A DNA stretch of 64,000 bases from Candidatus Latescibacterota bacterium (lineage in GTDB: Bacteria; Latescibacterota; UBA2968; UBA8231), in the NCBI GenBank assembly GCA_965205655.1, contig CBDBIJ010000042.1, forward strand, positions 1 through 64,000, given 5' to 3'. The position numbers were made by a program, and so were the translations under genes. Numbering within the stretch: the stretch's first letter is position 1; every line of letters begins with the position of its first letter. Positions 50,481 through 59,711 of the stretch are shown here, piece after piece. The notes beneath the pieces are model-generated. The model was not told the DNA's origin, searched no databases, and saw only the letters and a list, made by a program, of their open reading frames with translations.

Positions 50481-51908
50481 CGCTTTGTCCCGATCTTAGT
50501 TGAAACAGCACAGGCTCCAATCGTTACGTTTTGATACGAGAAGCCCGTTGGAAGAAGTCTCGCATCGGTAACAAAAGGAGCCTGCAATGAGCAAGCTAGT
50601 AGCACGGAAGAAGGGCGTCAAACGAACGGTGAGCATCGGCAAGGTAGCACCCGAGACTGCAGAGCAAGTAGAGGACCTGGATGGCCGGATCGAGGCGATC
50701 CAATGGCTGATTCCCTTGGGGCTGCAGGCGGTCGCGGAGGAGCTGCAAAGAGCGGTCGTTGAGTTGGCTGGGCCGCGGTATCAGCGCAAGGGGTCGGATC
50801 AGCCGTTACGCCGCTGGGGGTCTCAGCTCGGGTCGGTGTACCTGGCCGACCAGAAACTACCCGTCGATGTGCCGCGGGTGCGCAACGTGGCCAACCATAC
50901 CGAGGTCCCGCTGGATGTTTACCAGGCACTGCAGACGCCTCGACAGATGGACGAAGGTCTGCTGTTGCGGATGCTGAAGGGCATCGCCACGCGCAACTAC
51001 GAGGCCTGCGCTGAGGCCGTACCCGAGGCCTTTGGTCTGTCATCCTCATCGGTGTCCCGTCATTACGTGAAAGGCACGGCTCGAAAGCTGGCTGAATTCC
51101 AGGAGCGATCCCTGGAAGGATATGATCTGGTGGCGCTATTCCTCGACGGCAAGAGCTTCGCGGACGAGGAGATCATCATCGCCCTGGGCGTCACCCTCGA
51201 CGGACAGAAGATTCCTCTTGGCTTCGTGCAGGCGGCCACGGAAAACGAGCGCGTCTGCCGTCGCTTCCTGTCCGATCTGGTCGAACGCGGTATGCAGTAC
51301 GAAGCCGGACTGTTGGTCGTCATCGACGGCGCCAAGGGGCTTTACAAGGCGGTGATGTCGGTGCTCAAAGGACATGCCTGCGTGCAGCGCTGCCAGTATC
51401 ACAAGCGCCAGAACGTCGTGTCGTATCTGTCCAAAAGCGAGCAGTCCGGTATGGGTCGCAAGATGGAGGCGGCCTACGGCAAACCGAGATACGAGGCGGC
51501 CAAGGCGGCACTGGACGCGCTCAAACCGGGCTTGAAGTTGATGAATCAGTCCGCCCTACACAGCCTCGAGGAAGGCATGGAAGAGACCCTCACGCTCCAT
51601 CGGTTGGGACTGACGCCGATGCTCAAGGATTCCTTCCGCACCACCAACTGCATCGAGAACGTCAACAGTCTCCTGGAGCAGCTCACACACAACGTGCGAC
51701 GCTGGACCAACTCATCACAGCGTCACCGTTGGGTAGCCACGGCACTGCTCGACATCGAACCACGTCTGCGCAGGGTCAAGGGCTATCGCCATCTGCCGAT
51801 GCTCCGGCAAGCCATACAAGCCGAACTCGGCATCAAACAGCTCGCGATGATGGGCTGACACACTCACCCGAGCCTGTGATTTGTTTCAACTGAAACTGGG
51901 CCTTGACC
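50481..51908 (+). mobile_element. IS256-family element (1428 bp) nested in the IS1380 transposase
   Basis: 8-bp DR GTTCGCAG at 50473-50480 and 51909-51916; imperfect IRs sharing CCC..AGTTGAAACA. Confidence 0.9.
50587..51858 (+). CDS. IS256 family transposase
   Basis: LFLDGK, LVVIDGAKGL, QRCQYHK, RTTNCIEN; AAGGAG SD. Confidence 0.9.
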   Translation: MSKLVARKKGVKRTVSIGKVAPETAEQVEDLDGRIEAIQWLIPLGLQAVAEELQRAVVELAGPRYQRKGSDQPLRRWGSQLGSVYLADQKLPVDVPRVRNVANHTEVPLDVYQALQTPRQMDEGLLLRMLKGIATRNYEACAEAVPEAFGLSSSSVSRHYVKGTARKLAEFQERSLEGYDLVALFLDGKSFADEEIIIALGVTLDGQKIPLGFVQAATENERVCRRFLSDLVERGMQYEAGLLVVIDGAKGLYKAVMSVLKGHACVQRCQYHKRQNVVSYLSKSEQSGMGRKMEAAYGKPRYEAAKAALDALKPGLKLMNQSALHSLEEGMEETLTLHRLGLTPMLKDSFRTTNCIENVNSLLEQLTHNVRRWTNSSQRHRWVATALLDIEPRLRRVKGYRHLPMLRQAIQAELGIKQLAMMG

Positions 51909-53446
51909 GTTCGCAGATCACGTTATCCTTTGCAAGCATCTCGGGCAGGAAGATCGAAGCCGATTTTGACGGCGGCACGACGACCAGCGATGGGGGCGCC
52001 CTGCTCCTGCGGCAGGCGGAATCCAAGATAGGGATCGTAGACCGAATCGTAAGGGCGTTGTGTGATCGCCGACATCAAAGCTATATCGACCATACCTATA
52101 CCGACCTCATCAAGCAGCGCGTCTTCCAGATCGCCTGCGGGTACGAGGACGCCAATGACAGCAACGACCTGCGTTCAGATCCGGCTCTGAAGGCAGCATG
52201 CGATCGACTCCCCCTGACGGGAGCCGATCTGGCCAGTCAACCGACCATGTCTCGTTTCGAGAACAGTATCAGCCGCACGGACCTCTACCGAATCGGGCTC
52301 GCGTTACTGGAAACATTCATCGAGTCCTACGACAAGCCGCCGAAGAAGATCATCCTGGACATTGATGACACGGATGATGCCACGCACGGTTCACAGCAAC
52401 TGTCGTTGTTTCACGCTTACTATGACGAGTACTGCTACCTGCCCGTTCATCTCTACGAAGCAGAGACAGGCAAGTTGATCACCACCATTCTGCGACCCGG
52501 TCGTAGAATCCGTGGCCGCGAGGCCGCGGCGATTCTCAGACGCGTTCTGGATCATATCCTCATGGCCTGGCCGCAGGTGCAGATCACCTTGCGTGGTGAC
52601 GCGCACTTCAGCACCCCGGAGGTGCACGACCTGTGCGACGAATACGGCCTGGCGTTCATTCTCGGACAAGCGGTCAACCAGAAGCTCAAAGCGCTCGGCG
52701 CACCGCTGATGGAGCAGGCAGCCGCCCTGGCGGAGCAGACCGAAAAGCCGGTGCGGCTCTTTACACGCTTCGATTATCAGGCCGATAGCTGGAGCCGTCC
52801 GCGCCAGATCATCTACAAGGCCGAGATTACGCAAGGAAAGGCCAACCCGCGTTTTGTGGTCACGAACATTCGGAACCGAACGCCCAGGTTTCTGTATGAG
52901 AAGGTCTACTGTGCTCGCGGACGATCGGAAGGGTTCATCAAGAATCACAAGACCTTCCTGAACTCCGACCGGACCTCCTGCCATCGATTCCCGGCAAACC
53001 AATTCCGCCTCTTCCTGCACAGCGCCGCCTATGTGCTTGTGCACGCGATCAAACATATCGGCATGCGAGGCACCCAATGGACGACGTCCAACTTCGACAC
53101 GATCCAACTCCGCGTCCTCAAAATCGGCGCCAGAGTACGGGAGCAAACCACCACGGTGCGCTTTCACTTTCCGACGTCATATCCGCTCAAGGACTTGATG
53201 AGGTTGATCGTCTACAACCTCGACACCGCGTAATGCGCACGATGACGACGCACCAAAAAATCGATCATCAGCACGACCAAGGGATCAGTCTGTCCGGAGG
53301 AAATGCAACACCGCCTGACACATCGACCTACGACCAAGAAACACGGACCCGAAAATCACACTTGAGCGAGAAACGCCTCAGTGCTTCATCATTTACCGAA
53401 TCCCGATCAAACCTGAGCGAATTTATGAATTATTCAGGCTAGTAGT

Positions 53447-54677
53447 GGTATATTCAATCGGTCAATGCAACATTCTCCCCACTAATCTAATCATAGGAGA
53501 TGTTGCACATGGCTCAAATGGGACGACCAGGATTGTCCGCGTCACAGAAGTCGGAGGTATGGCGTCGATGGAAGAGCGGCCAGTCGCATAGCGATATTGG
53601 TCGGGCGCTCGGGAAGCATCCGGCGTCGATTCATGGTGTCATCGCCGCCAATGGGGGTATCGTACCAATGCCGCGTCGACGCTCTCGATGGGCTCTTGGC
53701 TGGGAAGAGCGTGAAGAGATCTCTCGAGGTATCGCTGCGGGAAAATCGATACGAATAATTGCGGCCGCTGTTGAACGTGCACCCTCGACGGTTAGCCGAG
53801 AGATTGCCCGCAATGGCGGGCGGCAGAAGTACCGAGCAAACGTCGCTGACCAAGCAGCCTGGACGCGCGCTCGCCGGCCGAAATGCTGCCGACTCGCATC
53901 CAATCTTCGTTTGCGGCGAGTCGTGGCGGGCAAGCTACGCCTGAAGTGGTCACCTGAGCAGATATCGGGATGGCTGAAGCGGGAGTATGCGCTTTTAGGA
54001 AATATGCAGATATCCCACGAAACGATCTATCGAACTCTCTTCATCCAGGCACGCGGGGCACTCAGCAAGGACCTCATTGCGCATCGGCGGACGCGAAGGA
54101 TGATGCGGCGATCCAAGAAGGCAAGCACACGCGATCAGCCGAGAGGCCGGATCGTCGACGCCGTATCCATCAGCGAGCGGCCTGCCGAGATCGAGGACCG
54201 CGCCGTTCCCGGCCACTGGGAGGGAGACTTGATCTCGGGGTCGAACAACACGCACATCGCCACGTTGAGTGGAGCGGCAGTCTCGGTTCACGATGCTCGT
54301 GAAGCTCAATGGCAAAGACACCGAGACCGTTGTCAAAGCGCTGATCAGCCAGGTGAAACGACTCCCCTCCGCGGTGCGGTTGTCCCTTGCCTGGGATCGA
54401 GGAATGGAGCTAGCTCGGCGCAAGGAGTTCTCGATCGCAACTGACGTCGAGGTGTATTTCTGTGATCCTCAGAGTCCCTGGCAACGAGGCACAAATGAGA
54501 ACACGAATCGCCTTCTTCGACAGTACTTCCCGAGGAAGACCGATCTGTCGCCATTCTCCCAAGCCGACCTGAACAGAGTCGCTCTTCAACTGAACCAGCG
54601 CCCGCGGAAGACGTTGGGGTTCGTTTCACCCGCAGAACGATTCAGTGAAGGTGTTGCCTTGACTGGTTGAACTCGCG
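53447..54677 (+). mobile_element. IS30-family insertion sequence
   Basis: 26-bp imperfect IRs (18/26) ending TTCAA..GTCAA.GCAACA; 2-bp DR GT on both sides. Confidence 0.88.
53500..54670 (+). pseudogene. IS30 transposase with one +1 frameshift
   Basis: PSTVSREI.RN, WSPEQI, SHETIY, GHWEGDL then ERQSR, WDRG.E, PWQRGTNENTN.LLRQYFP; extra A at 54268. Confidence 0.87.
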
Positions 54678-54805
54678 GTCGCCTGCCTGATTGGGAGGGA
54701 CCCCAATACAGACGGCGCGCGTCAGCGTTCGCTATTTGCGACCGCGTAATATACGCCAATCGCTCCCTAACCGGAACGTTTTTCTTCGTGCAAATACTGA
54801 CCGGG

Positions 54806-55972
54806 CTACTTGATCCCCGCAGCCCGGCGGAGCGCTGCCGTCTTGTCCGTCTTCTCCCAGGTGAAAGTCGCCAGGTTACGGCCGAAGTGACCGTAGGCGG
54901 CCGTCTTCTCGTAGATGGGCCGCCGCAGCTTCAGGTGGCGGATGATGCCTTTGGGTGTCAGGGGGAACACCTGCTCGACGATGTCGGCGATTTCCTCATC
55001 GCCGAGCCCTCCGGTGCCGAAGGTGTCCACGAGGACGGAAACCGGCTCCGCCACCCCGATGGCGTAGGCGAGCTGAAGCTGGCAGCGATCGGCCAGCCTC
55101 GCCGCCACGATGTTCTTGGCGATGTAGCGGGCAAGGTAGTGGGCGCTGCGGTCCACCTTCGAGGGATCTTTGCCGGAAAAGGCGCCGCCCCCGTGGGGAC
55201 ACATGCCGCCGTAGGTATCGACGACGATCTTGCGACCCGTGAGACCGCAGTCGCCGTGAGGCCCGCCCACCACAAACCGCCCGGTGGGATTGACGTGGTA
55301 CACCGTCCTCCGGTCGAGCAGCCGCGCCGGGATGATCTTCTTGATGACTTTTGAGACCATGTCACGCTTGATCCGGGTCTGGGCGGCCTGCGGATCGTGC
55401 TGCGTCGAGATCACCACCGTGTCCACTCGCACCGGCTTGCCGTCGGCATACTCTACCGTCACCTGCGACTTGGCGTCGGGTCTCAAGTACGGCAGCGTGC
55501 CGCGGCGGCGCAGCGTCCTCAGCTGCTCGAGCAGCCGGTGGGACATCACGATCGGCATTGGCATGAGCTGCGGTGTCTCGCGGCAGGCGTAGCCAAACAT
55601 CATGCCCTGGTCGCCGGCGCCCTGCTCACCGCTGGCATCCTCGTCGACCCCTATGGCGATGTCGGGAGACTGCTGGTCCAGAGTCACCATGACGCCGCAG
55701 CTCCGGTAGTCGAATCCGTACTCCGGCTTGGTGTAGCCGATGCTCTCGATCGTGGAGCGCACGAGACTCTGGATGTCGACCTTCGCCTTCGTCGTCACCT
55801 CGCCCGCTACCACCACCTGGCCGGTCGTGACCAGCGTCTCACATGCCACCCGCGAAAAGGGGTCCTGCTCCAGCATGGCGTCGAGGATCGCGTCGGAGAT
55901 CCGGTCGGCGATCTTGTCGGGGTGACCCTCCGATACCGATTCTGAGGTGAACAGGTGCTTCTTCTTTTTCAC
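54806..55972 (-). CDS. metK: S-adenosylmethionine synthetase
   Basis: [43 protein letters not shown]. Confidence 0.97.
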   Translation of the reverse strand: MKKKKHLFTSESVSEGHPDKIADRISDAILDAMLEQDPFSRVACETLVTTGQVVVAGEVTTKAKVDIQSLVRSTIESIGYTKPEYGFDYRSCGVMVTLDQQSPDIAIGVDEDASGEQGAGDQGMMFGYACRETPQLMPMPIVMSHRLLEQLRTLRRRGTLPYLRPDAKSQVTVEYADGKPVRVDTVVISTQHDPQAAQTRIKRDMVSKVIKKIIPARLLDRRTVYHVNPTGRFVVGGPHGDCGLTGRKIVVDTYGGMCPHGGGAFSGKDPSKVDRSAHYLARYIAKNIVAARLADRCQLQLAYAIGVAEPVSVLVDTFGTGGLGDEEIADIVEQVFPLTPKGIIRHLKLRRPIYEKTAAYGHFGRNLATFTWEKTDKTAALRRAAGIK

Positions 55973-56012
55973 GTTTTGCTCCTTTGGTTACCGTTGAGCT
56001 CGGCGACTTCTT

Positions 56013-57767
56013 CTACCGGCTTCTCGGCGACACCTTCGGCATCGCCTCCTCCAGAAGCGAGCGAACCTCGTGGCCCGATCGCATCTCGAGGCATCGCCGC
56101 GCCAGCTCCTGCGCGTCGCCCATGTCGGTGGAACGGATCACTTCCTTGACCTCCGGAATCAACCCCGGGCTCATACTCAGCATGTCGAGGCCGAGACCCA
56201 CCAGCAGCGCCGTGGCCACTGGGTCGCCGGCCATCTCACCGCAGATGCTGGTCGGAATGCCCCTGTTGCGGCCGCTGTCGGCCACGGTCTTGATCAGTTT
56301 GAGAACGCCCGGATGGAAGGGTTCGTAGAGCTGCGCAACCTTCGCCGTCCCCCTGTCCACGGCAAGCGTGTACTGCACGAGATCGTTGGTTCCGAGGCTG
56401 AGAAAATCAACCTCCGAAGCGAAGTGATCCGCCATGATGGCGGCCGCCGGCACCTCGATCATGATGCCCAGCTTGCTGTCCTGCTGGAAGGTCTCCCCCT
56501 CCGCGCGCAACTCGCGCTTCGTCTCCGTCAGCATCTCTTTCACGCGACGCACCTGCTCGATGCTGGAGATCATCGGCAGCAGAATCTGTACGTTGCCGAT
56601 GGCCGAGGCCCTGAGCACGGCCCGCAGCTGTGCTCTGAATATGTCGGGACGGTCCAGACAGAGGCGAATTCCGCGCCACCCCAGAAAGGGGTTCGACTCC
56701 GGTGTCGAGTCGACGGCGTGAAGAAGCTTGTCACCTCCCAGATCGAGGGTGCGGATGACGACGGGCAGGGGGTCAATCGCCTTGGCGATACGGCTGTAGG
56801 CCGCCAGTTGCTCCTCCTCTGTCGGTAGCTCATACCCCAGAAACAGCAACTCCGTGCGATACATTCCGACCCCTGCGGCGCCGCTGTCGATGGCGCCCTG
56901 AATCTCGCTCGGCAAATCGACGTTCGCCATCAGCACGATCTCCGCCCCATCGAGGGTCACAGCCGGCAAGTCTGCCCGCGCCAGCAGATCCCGTTCGCGG
57001 CGGAGGTGGCGTCGCAACTGCGCCCGGTAGTGCCGATGGGTATCCTCGCCGGGTCTGACGTGGACGACTCCGGCGTCGCCGTCGACGATCATCGAATCCC
57101 CAGAGGCGATCTCCCGGGAGCCGCTCACCGTTCCCACAACGCTCGGCAGGCCGAGGGAGCGGGCGATGATGCTCGTGTGCGAAGTCGCACCGCCCCTGTC
57201 GGTCACCAGGCCTTTTACGAAGCGACGCCCCAGCTGCACGACCTCCGAGGGCAGCAGGTCGTGGGCCACCACGATGGTGTTAGATCGCACCGACTCGAGC
57301 CCCCGCAACTCACCTCCCGCCAGCCTCATGAGAACCTGGTGCTCTATGTCCATGACGTCTGCCACTCGCGCCCGCAGGTACTCGTTCTCGATGTCGGCGA
57401 ACATCTTCTTGAGCTGCGCCATCGTTGTGATGAAGGCTCGCTCAGCCGTACATTGCTCGCGTTTGATGCAATCGACCGTCGAGCCCCTTACCTGCCGGTC
57501 CTCGAGCATGGCGAGCTGGGCGTCGAAGATCTGGGCGAGGTCGGCGCCGTGCTCCATCTCAACCATGTGCCGCGTGCGCCGAATCTCGTCGCCGACAGCG
57601 CGCAACGTATGCAGGAACCGCTCTGCTTCTTCGTCGATCCGGGCGCGGGAAATTTTCCGGCTCGACACCGGCGGCGTCTCAACCCGATGGACGAAGGCAC
57701 TGCCGATGCCGATGCCCCTGCAGGCCGGAATTCCCGGCAGCTGTAAATGGACTCCCGAGCTATCCAC
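56013..57767 (-). CDS. ptsI: PTS enzyme I
   Basis: GGATSHTSIIAR, GVGMYRTE, IRTLDLGGDK, NPFLGWRGIR, LGTNDLVQY, ICGEMAG. Confidence 0.96.
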   Translation of the reverse strand: MDSSGVHLQLPGIPACRGIGIGSAFVHRVETPPVSSRKISRARIDEEAERFLHTLRAVGDEIRRTRHMVEMEHGADLAQIFDAQLAMLEDRQVRGSTVDCIKREQCTAERAFITTMAQLKKMFADIENEYLRARVADVMDIEHQVLMRLAGGELRGLESVRSNTIVVAHDLLPSEVVQLGRRFVKGLVTDRGGATSHTSIIARSLGLPSVVGTVSGSREIASGDSMIVDGDAGVVHVRPGEDTHRHYRAQLRRHLRRERDLLARADLPAVTLDGAEIVLMANVDLPSEIQGAIDSGAAGVGMYRTELLFLGYELPTEEEQLAAYSRIAKAIDPLPVVIRTLDLGGDKLLHAVDSTPESNPFLGWRGIRLCLDRPDIFRAQLRAVLRASAIGNVQILLPMISSIEQVRRVKEMLTETKRELRAEGETFQQDSKLGIMIEVPAAAIMADHFASEVDFLSLGTNDLVQYTLAVDRGTAKVAQLYEPFHPGVLKLIKTVADSGRNRGIPTSICGEMAGDPVATALLVGLGLDMLSMSPGLIPEVKEVIRSTDMGDAQELARRCLEMRSGHEVRSLLEEAMPKVSPRSR

Positions 57768-58041
57768 TTTCTTCCTCGAAGTCGCTTTGCAATAGTTGGG
57801 CGAGGGACTCCACTGCCAGCGATGCGTCGCTGCCGTCGGCTTCGATGAGCACTTCCGATCCCTGCTCGGCCGCCAGCATCATGACGCCCATGATGCTCTT
57901 GCCGTTGATGCGCCTCGTCTCCCCCTTCGACAGGTAGATTTCGGCGGTGAATTTCGCCGCCGCTTTGACCAGCAGCGTAGCCGGTCGGGCGTGGATCCCG
58001 AGGCGATTTGCGATGACGACCTGCTTCTCAACCATTCCCAT
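57760..58041 (-). CDS. ptsH: Phosphocarrier protein HPr
   Basis: GIHARPA (His15) and NGKSIMGVM (Ser46). Confidence 0.95.
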   Translation of the reverse strand: MGMVEKQVVIANRLGIHARPATLLVKAAAKFTAEIYLSKGETRRINGKSIMGVMMLAAEQGSEVLIEADGSDASLAVESLAQLLQSDFEEESG

Positions 58042-58056
58042 TCGCGATTGGTGGCA

Positions 58057-58881
58057 CTAACGGCGCCACAGCGACAGGATCTTCCGCAAGGTGCTCCTGC
58101 CGGTAGCGGGAGACCTGATCTTCGCCCTCCTGGCGGGGGTTTGCCCGGCCTCCAGCACCTGAATGGACTGACCGTTCACGAGTCGGCGGGGATTGTCGAC
58201 GAACAGCCTTTGCGCTTCCTCACGGCCCGCCAGGCTCTCGACCCGATCCCTGGCTGCCGACAGCGCCACCGGCCGCTTGTTCAGATCGTGGCCGTCACTG
58301 CCGACGAATTCAACCCATCCCTGTCCGATCCACTTTTCCGCCGCTTCTCGGCTGCGATTGCCGAAGCGGCCGGTCAGGCTCCCGCCATCGACCTGCAGCA
58401 ACAAATCCTGCTGGCGCAGGCGCTCTATTTTTTCGGGTGATCGAGCCAGTTCGCGGTGACGTTCGGGGTGCGCGAGAATCGGCCTGAGTCCCGCGGCGCG
58501 CAGCTCGAAGAACCCTTGCTCGAGCCCCGGCGACAGCGGCCCTGGAGGCAGGTGGACGAGTATGAATGGCTGTCCCGCCAGTCGCACAGACGGCCACTGA
58601 GCCACTTCTGTGAGCCCGAAGCGGAACGCCACCTCGGCTCCCAGATGAATCTGGACGCCGAGTCCGGATTTGGCGACGGCCTCCTCGAGTTCAGTGAATG
58701 TCCGCCGATGCAGCTCGTCTTTGTCCTGGCGGTCGTCGCTTTTTATATGCGGTGTGAGCACGGCGGCGGCAATCCCCTCCTGCGCCCCGGCGGCCAGCAT
58801 TTCGAGCGCCACCTCGACGGATGGCGCCCCGTCATCCACACCGGGCAGGATGTGGCAGTGGATGTCGACCATCCCATCCAT
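58057..58881 (-). CDS. CpsB/CapC-family PHP tyrosine phosphatase
   Basis: DIHCHILPGVDDG, TPH, GAEV, ILAHPER, GSDGH. Confidence 0.88.
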   Translation of the reverse strand: MDGMVDIHCHILPGVDDGAPSVEVALEMLAAGAQEGIAAAVLTPHIKSDDRQDKDELHRRTFTELEEAVAKSGLGVQIHLGAEVAFRFGLTEVAQWPSVRLAGQPFILVHLPPGPLSPGLEQGFFELRAAGLRPILAHPERHRELARSPEKIERLRQQDLLLQVDGGSLTGRFGNRSREAAEKWIGQGWVEFVGSDGHDLNKRPVALSAARDRVESLAGREEAQRLFVDNPRRLVNGQSIQVLEAGQTPARRAKIRSPATGRSTLRKILSLWRR

Positions 58882-58898
58882 GTTGTCCGTCGAGTCCG

Positions 58899-59711
58899 CT
58901 ACTCGAGAACGTGAACGGCGGCGCTCAGTTCGCGCAGCCGCGCGGGGTCTTCCTCGACTGCCGTACCGGTTACCACGAAGCTGGCCCCTGACTCCACCTT
59001 CGCGCGCGCTGCGGACGGCTCCCTTATCCCTCCCCCCACCACCACCGGCAAGCTGACGTAGTCGACGACGGCGCGCACCATGTCATCCGGCACCGACTCC
59101 ACCGCCCCACTGCCCGTCTCGAGGTAGACGAGCTTCATACCGATGTATTCCGCCGCCAGGGCGTGCGCCATGGCGATGTCGGTCTTGTCTCGCGGCATAG
59201 GGCGCGTGGAGCTCATGTACTCGATGGATGTGGGACTCCCCGACTCGATGAGCATGTACCCCGTGGAGATGACTTCTACACCGTGCTCTTTGAGGAGCGG
59301 CGCCGCCCGCACCTGCTGACCGATGAGCAATTCCGGGTTGCGGCCGCTGATCATGGAGAGGAACAGGATCGCGTCGGCACTGGCGACGACCTGCCCGGCG
59401 TCGCCCGGAAAGCTGATGACGGGCACGTCCACGGCGGTCTTGAGGCGCTCGAACAGCATCGTGTTTCTGGCGGTCGACAGCATGAGACTGGTGCCCACGA
59501 GGATGCCGTCGGCGCCCGCCTCGGCGCACTGCTCCGCTCGCCGGTGAAGCTCATCGACGGACAGTTTGTCCGGATCGAGGAGAGTGAGGTAACCGCCGCC
59601 GCGGCGACGACTCACGTTCAGCAGGTATTCGAGCGTCGTTTCCACCTGCGCCGCTGCCGCATCGGCCTCGGGCTCGAAGACTCGCTTTGCCCGCTCGCTC
59701 CCGGCGCTCAT
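58899..59711 (-). CDS. Geranylgeranylglyceryl/heptaprenylglyceryl phosphate synthase family protein
   Basis: TLLDPDK, PVISFPG, ADAILFLSMISGRNPELLIGQQV, TGYMLIESG, VYLETGSGA, VGGGIR, VVTGT. Confidence 0.9.
   Translation of the reverse strand: MSAGSERAKRVFEPEADAAAAQVETTLEYLLNVSRRRGGGYLTLLDPDKLSVDELHRRAEQCAEAGADGILVGTSLMLSTARNTMLFERLKTAVDVPVISFPGDAGQVVASADAILFLSMISGRNPELLIGQQVRAAPLLKEHGVEVISTGYMLIESGSPTSIEYMSSTRPMPRDKTDIAMAHALAAEYIGMKLVYLETGSGAVESVPDDMVRAVVDYVSLPVVVGGGIREPSAARAKVESGASFVVTGTAVEEDPARLRELSAAVHVLE

Larger units (their letters stand above)
50466..53233 (+). pseudogene. IS1380 transposase split after codon 5 by the nested IS (body in ORF 51881..53233)
   Basis: Reconstructed MESSQITLSFASISGRKIEADFDGG..SDGG; GYEDAND, LASQPTMSRFEN, LDIDDTDD, RGDAHF, Y.ARGRSEGFIK. 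Confidence 0.88.
50365..53438 (+). mobile_element. IS1380-family element interrupted by an IS256-family element
   Basis: IRs CCTGAATTATTCATAAA / CCTGAATAATTCATAAA (16/17); 1638 bp after removing the inner IS and one DR copy; flanks TTAG / CTAG. Confidence 0.9.

Noticed and set aside
54712..54745. Minus-strand GCAAA-TAGC-GAAC-GCTG-ACGC resembling a c-di-GMP-I riboswitch
   Set aside because: The stem is too short, and the GNRA loop and GCAAAGC junction are missing.
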